NCBI GenBank assembly: GCA_030390025.1 | Contig: CM059432.1 | Location: 118,484,001 to 118,548,000 of the forward strand | DNA: 64,000 nucleotides | From: Squalus acanthias | Taxonomy: Eukaryota | Reading direction: 5' to 3' | Shown: one piece after another, positions 24,318 to 32,517 of the stretch | Layout of the letters: every line of letters starts with the position of its first letter | Position numbering within the stretch: the stretch's first letter is position 1 | Program-made: the position numbers and the translations under genes | Notes under the pieces: generated by a model | Databases searched by the model: none | What the model saw: only the letters and a program-made list of their open reading frames with translations | What the model was told of the DNA's origin: nothing

Positions 24318-25913
24318 TGTAGAATTCGCAATTATCGCGATTTCATTTTAATAAGGAGAAAACACAAAGTTTCGTTCAAAACAGCTTTTATTTCAGCGGA
24401 ATGCTGTCAGGTTTAAATTGGACACAAGCAGCCTGTAAAATGGCCGCCGCACCGCGTGACAGAACATTCTAGACTTTTCAGCAGGCAGACAAGATGGCGT
24501 TCCAATAAACATTCTTGCAAGATCGATAACGATTCAGCACAGTGAAGACAATACACAGGACATTATGGGTTTACAGTATAAACATCGATACTGGAATCGG
24601 TCTCCCAGGTACAAAGGAAAGCCATCAAGGGCCCATCCAAAGGACATTAATATGTAAACTCCCAACGGCTCTACGATGAGAGAGCCGTTAGCAGGTAGTT
24701 ATACAGGACACTTGGAAGCCCCAAACCCCTCCAGGGGGAACACCGACCGATTTAACAATGGGAGAAATATTAACAGGTACTCAAACATTCAGGAGTAGCC
24801 CCGAAACCCATTAAGGACAGAGATCACCCATACAGGACATTTTGGGCGCCAAACCTTAAACAAAAGAATGGACATTGTAGTTGGGCGGGAAACGGAAGAA
24901 CTGTGCACTATAATTGCAGGCCCCAAACCGTCCATTCTCTCTCTGGCCTCTTGCTCTTGCTCTTGCCTCGTGTTCTTGACTCTTGCCGCTTGTTGCTGTT
25001 ATCATCGTGGCTGCTCCTGTGTAAAAGACTGTTGCAAAGACCTATGTTGGTAGCTGGCAGCGGAACCGAAGGCCCGGGATGAGATGAGATGAGATGAGAT
25101 GAGAGGAGAAGAGAAGAAGACCTTATCCATCGCCACGGTCAGTAGATCCCGACCGCGCCTGTAGGTCGATCAGCCAAGTCTTCTCGACAGGAAGTTTTCT
25201 TCTTTAACAAGACATATTGCATCGACGATAACTGGACTGTGCAAACACATCGTATCAGCGATATTGACAACGGTGCTCCACCATACCTTGTATCCAACCA
25301 ACAGAGGTCTTCACTACAGCGGACGGTCCAGCCGACTGACCGAGCAGCAGAAGCAGTAAACAAGTGGGACCAGGAGATCTCCTGACCAACACGTGGGTGC
25401 TGCGGTGAAAAACATCCGATCAGCTATTCGGGATTTCTCCGAGTTATTACGAGTGGTGAGCATGAGTCTCGGGATCCTACGAAGCTAGTTTAGGATAGAC
25501 ATTGATAGGGGAGGGTTTAAAGATTAAGGATATTTGTAATGTGTGCCCTATTTACGTTGTGCTGGTCGTTCCTCGTTTCCCTAAGAGTGATTATAACTGT
25601 TTGTAAGATTGTACTGTCATTAATCTGTGCATATGACATGTATTTCATAATTTTAAGTATCATGCAATAAAGATTTTCCATTTCGTACCGTTCAAACCAA
25701 GTCTACATGAGTTTTATCTCCATTACTGCTCTCGCATCTAAGTCCAGTGTCTAGAACCGTAAGGGAGAGTGATTCGAACCACTCACAGGGGTGTCTAGGG
25801 TTCCCAGACTGGCTGGAGACCAGGCCTAGACCCGCACTGACATACAGGCTGCACAGAGCCGCGTGAATCTCACAGGCTACGAGACACGCAGGGTCAGGAG
25901 AGCATCCCTTACA
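24318..25913 (+). repeat. 5' LTR (1596 bp)
   Basis: Starts TGTAGAATTC and ends CCCTTACA. TATAATTG at 24909, AATAAA at 25666. Near-identical copy at 35294. Confidence 0.96.
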
Positions 25914-25917
25914 GAAA

Positions 25918-27729
25918 ATGGCGACCGCGGCAGGACTCTGGCAGCGAGAGGGTAGTGTGTTAGATTTTGGAATGACTGTACGAAATGTGATGCAGGAAAA
26001 GATAGCGGATTACGTATTTGGAAAGGTTAATCTAACGAAAAAGTGGATAAGCGAATTGTTAGCGGATAAGAGCCCATTAGAGGCAGCTGAAAGGTGGACT
26101 GATAGTAAGGAGCATAAAAAGGCAGTTGAGAAAGCAGTCTGGCTTATGTGCTACAAAAGGCAGGTTCAGATTTCAAACCAGACCAATACAGCGCTAACCG
26201 CTCGAATCAAGCATCTAGAGGAGGAAATGGAGGAGAAGGTTTCTGGAGGGGAGGCGCTCATTAAGAGTTTAAATGAGTTACGCCAGGAAAGCCAGGAAGT
26301 CTCCAGTTACCTTAAAACAAGGGTAGAGTATCTCGAGTGCCAGATCACTGAAGCAAAATTAAACGAGAGTAGGATGAAGGAAAGATGTAACCGTCAAGCT
26401 GCCCAGATAAGAACTCAAGAAGAGAGCTTAATGGGGGTTAGGTCGGCGTATAAGTTGGCCCTTGAGGATAAGTTTCAGGGAGCCGACCATAGCGCCTGCG
26501 AAAAAGAGATAGAGAGCCTCAAAAGGGCCGTGAATAATGCGAACGGCATGGTGTGCCTTATTAATCCGTCGGCACGCCAGCCGCTAGTAAATGAGAGATT
26601 TAGAAATTCCCCACCAAGTAAAGCAGAAGAAGTAGTAGCCAGTGCGCCCTCCGCGCCACCCAGCTATTCAGAAACCTGGGTTAGGGAGGAAGAAACGGAA
26701 GAAGCAAAAGAGCCCGTTGAAAAGGAGGTAGAAAAGGGATCGTTGTATCCAGTAACGGGTATTAAAAGGGGCCCAAGCAGAAACGGTGGGGAAGAACCGG
26801 GGGATCTCCTCGGACAGCTGGTGTTGCCTCACAGTTCACATCAGCTGAGGGCCATGATAAACCACGTAAGGAAGCTGACCGAGATAGACGACCCTTCCGT
26901 ACATTTCAGGGAAGTTGAGCAAGCCGCAGCCATCAACGGCTGCGATGATGGGGAGACAGCAAAAATGCTGCTGTTCTCATTAGATAGCTCGGTCCTTCAG
27001 TGTCTCTCAGGCGATAGCAAGAGGGGTAATAAAAGTTATGAGGAATTGAAAAATGAGGTCCTAGAAGTAGTGGGAGCGAACGACGGAGGTCCGTTTGCTA
27101 GAGTGGGACAGACAGTGCAGATGGAGGGAGAACCCCCGAAGGTTTTTGCCGACAGGCTGTGGCCAGTATATGAGCGCAGCTGTCTAGGTGCGCCCGAGCG
27201 CGAAGATGTGGAAGGCGCCGCTTTAATTCATTGGCTTAGGTGCATAATAGCCAACAGTTTACCAGCTGTTAGAGAGCAGGCAAAAGCCTGGTTCGATCCC
27301 AATGACCTCAACCTTACGGAAGAGTCGGTCTTGAATCGACTCACGTTAGGTTACCGTAACATAAGGGGTATGACGACACGTCCCTTTAAGGGAAGAGTAC
27401 ATGAGGTACGACCCGCAGCCCCGACTCAAAGAGAGTGGCATCAGGAGGGTAATCGCGCCCCACAGGCAAGTAATGCCTGTTACGGGTGTGGGAAGACAGG
27501 GCACTGGCGCAAGCACTGCAGGAACCCTTGGAAGGATTCCAAGGATAAAAATCCCGCGGTCCGAACCCAGGCGCCTGTCCCGGCTAAGGAAGCAAAGGCA
27601 CCCACCTCTCCCGAAGACCTCGAAGCAGTGTTAGGAGTCATGCGCAAGATGGTTTTGAATGCGCGTGGACAGGTGGCGGTCGCAACCGGCCCCGTAGGTG
27701 CCGCAGGACCGTCTAATAGTGCCCCATGA
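25918..27729 (+). CDS. gag: Gag polyprotein (coiled-coil N-terminus, late domains, capsid-like region, one CCHC knuckle)
   Basis: 603-aa ORF immediately after the LTR. CYGCGKTGHWRKHC zinc knuckle at 27478-27519. PSAPPSY at 26647-26667. Confidence 0.92.
   Translation: MATAAGLWQREGSVLDFGMTVRNVMQEKIADYVFGKVNLTKKWISELLADKSPLEAAERWTDSKEHKKAVEKAVWLMCYKRQVQISNQTNTALTARIKHLEEEMEEKVSGGEALIKSLNELRQESQEVSSYLKTRVEYLECQITEAKLNESRMKERCNRQAAQIRTQEESLMGVRSAYKLALEDKFQGADHSACEKEIESLKRAVNNANGMVCLINPSARQPLVNERFRNSPPSKAEEVVASAPSAPPSYSETWVREEETEEAKEPVEKEVEKGSLYPVTGIKRGPSRNGGEEPGDLLGQLVLPHSSHQLRAMINHVRKLTEIDDPSVHFREVEQAAAINGCDDGETAKMLLFSLDSSVLQCLSGDSKRGNKSYEELKNEVLEVVGANDGGPFARVGQTVQMEGEPPKVFADRLWPVYERSCLGAPEREDVEGAALIHWLRCIIANSLPAVREQAKAWFDPNDLNLTEESVLNRLTLGYRNIRGMTTRPFKGRVHEVRPAAPTQREWHQEGNRAPQASNACYGCGKTGHWRKHCRNPWKDSKDKNPAVRTQAPVPAKEAKAPTSPEDLEAVLGVMRKMVLNARGQVAVATGPVGAAGPSNSAP
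25919..25938 (+). promoter_or_regulatory. Primer binding site, complementary to the tRNA-Arg(TCG) 3' end
   Basis: TGGCGACCGCGGCAGGACTC starts after a 5-nt spacer (GAAAA) following the LTR. It is the reverse complement of ...GAGTCCTGCCGCGGTCG-CCA, which matches the vertebrate tRNA-Arg(TCG) 3' end as I recall it (not checked against a database). Confidence 0.85.
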
Positions 27730-30700
27730 CTAGAACCAGCACAGCCCGTCTACCTGTGTCCGCTCAGCTATGATGCGTGGAGGCGACCTGTGGTGGAGAT
27801 GGAGGTAGAGAAACAAAAGGGCAGTTATTTGTTGGACACGGGAGCTTCTTGCACCATAATCCATACAGATGACCCTTTTGACTCGCCGCTATCTACCAAG
27901 GTCCCATTCACGCTAGCAGGGTTCACAGGGAAAGAACAGGCTGGCACGTTTTCCCTCCCGCTATCCATTCGTTTAGGGACACTTCGCCTTAAGTGGAAGT
28001 GTATACTGATGGCATGGCAAAAGGGGGGTGGAAGAGGTATTCTCGGGTCCGATCTGCTAGCGGGACACGGGATCCTCGTGGACCTCAGAAATCACTGTCT
28101 CTGGGGGGCTAAAGGTGAAAAAGGCGAGGTAATGGTAATTCAAGGGGAGGAAGAAACAGGGGTCCTGTGTACCGTACAGCCATCCGGAGGCTACGACCTC
28201 AGGCTTATGGTCGCAGATGTCCCAACGGACATGCAAACGTACGTGACAGATAATATGCACGCGTTTGCAACCCACAAGCACGATTGTGGGAGGGTGGTCG
28301 GGTTTGAGGTCAGCGTAGATGGGGACCCCATGACCCGACCCCAAAAGCAGTATAACTTCCCCAAAGAAGCAGAACCCGATATGGAGGCAGCAATGTCTTC
28401 CTTGGTGCAGCAGGGCGTGTTGAGGCCGATAGCCACACACGTGAACTCCCCATTATGGCCGGTTAGGAAGCCGGATAATTCGTGGAGAGCCACGGTGGAC
28501 TACAGAGTCCTTAACAGTAACATCCCCGCCTGCGCGCCCACAGTAGCAGCAGTTGCTGACCTAATAGGGAGCATCCCAGCGTCCGCGACCACGTTCACGG
28601 TGCTGGATATCTCGAACGGTTTTTGGTCCATCCCGCTGCGGCGAGAGGACCAGTACAAGTTTGCCTTTACGTTTAAAGGGCAACAGTACACGTGGAACTG
28701 CTTGCCACAGGGTTTCCACAATAGCCCCAGTATTTTTCACCAGTGTATGGCAGGAAGTTTAAAGGAGTTTAGTCAGCCCAATCAGATAGTACAGTATGTG
28801 GATGATTTGCTCCTATTTACGGACTCAAGGGAGGAGCACGGACCACTACTGGACGAGTTATTGGAGCTGTTAGCGAGAAAGGGTTTTAAAGTAAACCCAA
28901 AGAAAGCACGTATCGGTCAGCAGGAAGTAAAATTCCTGGGACTGACCCTACGCGCTGGGGAAAGAGCCATAGACAAAGCAAGGAGGGAGTCGGTGCAAGA
29001 ATTACCGATTCCCAACAACGTAAGGGGTGTGAGGTCCTTCTTGGGACTGACCGGTTACTGCAGGGATTTTATCGAGGATTATGCGGCCACAGCGGCGCCG
29101 CTCCTCCGACTCCTCCATAAGGGAGTAGAGTGGCTTTGGGACGAGGGCTGCCAAGCAGCCTTCGAGAAGTTAAAAAGGGATCTGCAGACCGCGCCAGCCT
29201 TAGGGGCCATAGATGGGGGGAAGGAGTTTTTCCTGGAGGTAGCTGCCAGCGGAGACAGCTTAAGCGCCGTGCTGCTCCAAGAGCGTCACGGCAAGCTAAG
29301 GCCGGTTGTCTATTCATCCAGGGTATTAACGGATGTGGAGAGAAGTTTTTCCAATTGCGAAAGGCACCTTTTAGCCACGCATTGGGCTGTGAAAAGATCA
29401 GCGATCTTCACAGGGCTCTCTCCCATCACTCTCCTCACACATCACACACCAACTAAGATGCTTCTGGATGGGAGGATTAAAGACGGGACCGTAAGCAGCG
29501 CACGCATTGCGCGTTGGACCCTTCTTCTCTCCCAGTTGGACATCAGAGTAAAAGGTCTTTGCGAGCCCAGGCTTGCGGCCAATTTGGTATACCCCGGTAC
29601 AGCCCACCGGTGTTCGGTGGAGGGGGTGTGGGACGTCAACATAGGTTTACGGGCCGGGATACATCCCACTGGGCGCGAGATTTATGTTGATGGGTCTAGC
29701 ACAGTATCTGCTGGCGAGCGACTCACAGGGTGTGGAGTTTATGACCCTGCGGCAGACCTTGCCCTGGCGATCAAGCTCCCTAGCACCATGAGCGCGCAGC
29801 AGGCTGAGCTGTCTGCCGTGGTGTACGTGGTAACCCACCCAGACATTTTCCCAACCCCATACACGATTTGCTCGGACAGTATGTTCACCTGCAATTCGTG
29901 TACGGAATACCTGGCCATTTGGTCCCGCCGTGGATACACCTCCGCGGACGGGCGACCTTTAACGGTAAAGCCCTTGCTGGAAAAGATCTTAGCAGCAGCA
30001 GTAGGGGAGGAAGGGGAGATTTTCATCCATAAGGTGAAAGCTCACTCCTCCACAGAGCCCCGTGGGGAGGGCAACCGGCAGGCGGATGCGCTAGCCAGGG
30101 AGGGTGCCCGCGACGGTACTTTCTGGAACCCCTATAGAACCGGACCCATAGCAGCGGTCCGAGGTGGGGACGGGAATACCGGGAACACCAGGGTAGCATT
30201 GCCCCTAGACCTTAAGACCGTCCAAGCCCAGGATCCCGCCCTAAAAGCAGTCCTAAAAACGATTGCTGAGGGGAGGCAGGTAGAAGGTCCGTACAGTACG
30301 GCAACCCTCTCAGTTAAGGAAGGCATGCTGTTCCGCGAGGAGCAGTGGGTTGTGCCGCAGCAGCACAGGAGGGAATTCCTCCAGTTGGCTCATGAGGGAC
30401 CAGGGGCAGGGCACCCCGGGCCCGAGGTTACCTGGCAACGGGTAGAGCAAGCGGGATGGTGGCCAGGGCTCAGGGAACAAGTCCGCGAGTTCTGTGCAAA
30501 CTGTCTTGTGTGCGCTGCAAACAACCCAGACCCCCAGAAAAGGAAGGTGCCCATGGGACACGTAAGAAGGGTAGAGGGACCATGGCAGTCGATACAGATC
30601 GACTATATAGGACCCCTGCCCACCACCCAGGGAGGTTATAAGTACTGCCTCGTCCTGGTGGATGTGTTTTCCAAGTGGGTGGAAGCCTTCCCTTGTCGAA

Positions 30701-32232
30701 CAGCTACGGCACTGGGTACAGCAAAAATCTTGGTCCGGGAAGTGTTCTCGCGGTGGGGACTCCCCCGTTTCGTGGAGTCAGACCAAGGGAGTCATTTCAC
30801 CGGCCAGGTGATGCAGAACACCCTCATGCTTTTGGGCATTGAAGGGAAGTGGCACGTAGCACACAATCCCCAGTCATCCGGGATTGTTGAACGTATGAAC
30901 CGGACCCTGAAGGAGAAATTGAGGAAAGAGACTAGGAACTCGCCCCAAAAATGGGCGGAAGTTCTGCCTTTAGTCCTCATGGGGGTCCGGGCCAGTCAGT
31001 CAAAAAGTACGGGGTACTCCCCGCACGAGGTAATGACCGGCAGGCTCATGCGAACCCCCACCCATGTGCTAGCCCCGGTGCTCACTGAGGGTCAGCTTCA
31101 AGAGATCAGCAGGGACAAGTTCGCCCAAACTCTCTTGGAGCGCCTGAAGCAAGTTTATGAGCAGGCGGCTGGGAACATGGGAAGGCAGCACCAGGGCAAT
31201 CGCTTGTTGCTGGAACCCCGCAAAACGCGGGAGTGGGAAGTAGGAGACCAGGTCATGGTCAGAAACTACGCCAGAGTAGGGAGTCTGGAACCACTGTATA
31301 TGGGACCCTACAACATTGTAGACAAGGCAAGTCCCATGGTTTACGCCGTAAAAGTACCTCGGCGCACTAAGTGGTTCCACATAAACCAATGTAAACTGTA
31401 CCAGCCGGGTGCGCAAGGGAAAACTACAGGGGTAAATCCCGCCAATGGGAAAACACAGCCCCAGGTAGGACCACAAGGCACACAGGCAGGCGTCGCAGCT
31501 TGCATCAGGGGAAGGGACATCCCGGACGATCATGCAGCGTTTTTCTGGAGTTGGGGGTTAGATGACGAGGACCCCAGGGTACCCTGGTCAGATGAGGATA
31601 GTGCAGATGAGCATAGTGATGATGACGGGTGGTTTCAGAGGAACGGTCTGGGAGGATTGGGGCCGCTAGGTAGAGATCCATACGGGGTGGACACACAAGC
31701 TGCAGGTCCCGACAGCAGGAGGAAGGAGCTAGAGGAGGCCGGGCCAGCAGCTATGTGGTTCCCAGAGGTGTGGCCGCCCGCTTTGAACGTCCAGTCCTCA
31801 GGGGAGGCAGAGTTCGCGAGTGAAGGGCCGCCTGCTGGGCCGAGCAGGGCGGGGCCCCGAACTGCCAGCCCCGAGGTTAGGGAGGCGGAGTCAGCGGAGG
31901 CGGGGCTGGCGCCTGTGATGGAACCCCAGGTCATCCCGTTGAAGGTCTCGGGACCCGGTCCGTCCGTCACGGAGCCCCCGCCCATAGCAATTCCCCGTAG
32001 GTCAAGCAGAGTACCCCAGCCCAGGAAGATGTGGTCAGGTCCACAGGCTGCCCCAGGGCGTAAGTTTCAGGTTAAGATAACCCGGGTAGAGACAGGCCAC
32101 ATCGAAGCAGTAACAGGCTGCGGCAGATCAGAGGAAAGGGTCAGCGCAGCAACAGGCTGCGGCAGATCAGAGGGAAGGGTCAGTGCCCTCCCACCGTCGG
32201 GAAGAGCTCGCAGCAGCCTTCTCAGGATTTAA
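27730..32232 (+). CDS. pol: Pol: protease-RT-degenerate RNase H (tether)-RNase H-integrase plus C-terminal extension; in frame with gag, probably made by stop readthrough
   Basis: Protease LLDTGAS (27829). RT LPQGF..SP and YVDD (28795). RNase H YVDGSS/AELSA/SDS/GNRQAD. Integrase HHCC, D-D-E (IDYIG, SDQGSHF, ERMNRTLK) and GPY. The frame is open from 27730, right after the gag TGA, and the ORF-track start at 27790 is a GTG. Confidence 0.95.
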   Translation, partial: LEPAQPVYLCPLSYDAWRRPVVEMEVEKQKGSYLLDTGASCTIIHTDDPFDSPLSTKVPFTLAGFTGKEQAGTFSLPLSIRLGTLRLKWKCILMAWQKGGGRGILGSDLLAGHGILVDLRNHCLWGAKGEKGEVMVIQGEEETGVLCTVQPSGGYDLRLMVADVPTDMQTYVTDNMHAFATHKHDCGRVVGFEVSVDGDPMTRPQKQYNFPKEAEPDMEAAMSSLVQQGVLRPIATHVNSPLWPVRKPDNSWRATVDYRVLNSNIPACAPTVAAVADLIGSIPASATTFTVLDISNGFWSIPLRREDQYKFAFTFKGQQYTWNCLPQGFHNSPSIFHQCMAGSLKEFSQPNQIVQYVDDLLLFTDSREEHGPLLDELLELLARKGFKVNPKKARIGQQEVKFLGLTLRAGERAIDKARRESVQELPIPNNVRGVRSFLGLTGYCRDFIEDYAATAAPLLRLLHKGVEWLWDEGCQAAFEKLKRDLQTAPALGAIDGGKEFFLEVAASGDSLSAVLLQERHGKLRPVVYSSRVLTDVERSFSNCERHLLATHWAVKRSAIFTGLSPITLLTHHTPTKMLLDGRIKDGTVSSARIARWTLLLSQLDIRVKGLCEPRLAANLVYPGTAHRCSVEGVWDVNIGLRAGIHPTGREIYVDGSSTVSAGERLTGCGVYDPAADLALAIKLPSTMSAQQAELSAVVYVVTHPDIFPTPYTICSDSMFTCNSCTEYLAIWSRRGYTSADGRPLTVKPLLEKILAAAVGEEGEIFIHKVKAHSSTEPRGEGNRQADALAREGARDGTFWNPYRTGPIAAVRGGDGNTGNTRVALPLDLKTVQAQDPALKAVLKTIAEGRQVEGPYSTATLSVKEGMLFREEQWVVPQQHRREFLQLAHEGPGAGHPGPEVTWQRVEQAGWWPGLREQVREFCANCLVCAANNPDPQKRKVPMGHVRRVEGPWQSIQIDYIGPLPTTQGGYKYCLVLVDVFSKWVEAFPCRTATALGTAKILVREVFSRWGLPRFVESDQGSHFTGQVMQNTLMLLGIEGKWHVAHNPQSSGIVERMNRTLKEKLRKETRNSPQKWAEVLPLVLMGVRASQSKSTGYSPHEVMTGRLMRTPTHVLAPVLTEGQLQEISRDKFAQTLLERLKQVYEQAAGNMGRQHQGNRLLLEPRKTREWEVGDQVMVRNYARVGSLEPLYMGPYNIVDKASPMVYAVKVPRRTKWFHINQCKLYQPGAQGKTTGVNPANGKTQPQVGPQGTQAGVAACIRGRDIPDDHAAFFWSWGLDDEDPRVPWSDEDSADEHSDDDGWFQRNGLGGLGPLGRDPYGVDTQAAGPDSRRKELEEAGPAAMWFPEVWPPALNVQSSGEAEFASEGPPAGPSRAGPRTASPEVREAESAEAGLAPVMEPQVIPLKVSGPGPSVTEPPPIAIPRRSSRVPQPRKMWSGPQAAPGRKFQVKITRVETGHIEAVTGCGRSEERVSAATGCGRSEGRVSALPPSGRARSSLLRI

Positions 32233-32480
32233 AGGGGCCGCCCTGAGAACGGGCGGCATTGTAAAGTTATTAGTTTAAGGTTTTAAGTTTTAGTTTAAAG
32301 TTTTAAGTAGTTTTAATAAGGTTAAGTTTGTAGTGTTTTTAACAGAAAACGATAAAAATGATGGGAGTTTTAAGGCTAGGTTTAGAGGAAGTCTAGTTAG
32401 CAAACGTTGAAGTTTACGTGAGGCGAGGTCAGGGGACCCGCTCACCCTTCACAAAAGCCAGAGACTTTTTGCGAGGCTGG

Positions 32481-32504
32481 CTACCTCATTCTATCTGATC
32501 ACAG
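32481..32504 (+). promoter_or_regulatory. Putative env splice acceptor
   Basis: Pyrimidine-rich CTACCTCATTCTATCTGATCACAG|G ends 13 nt upstream of the env ATG. Confidence 0.55.
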
Positions 32505-32517
32505 GAACCAAGGAAGG

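Noticed and set aside
24868..25363. Small ORFs in the LTRs (61 aa Cys-rich on +, 74 aa on -), duplicated at 35844-36339
   Set aside because: They arise from (TCTTGC)n low-complexity sequence and LTR duplication. The + ORF starts upstream of the predicted TATA/TSS, and there is no evidence of coding.
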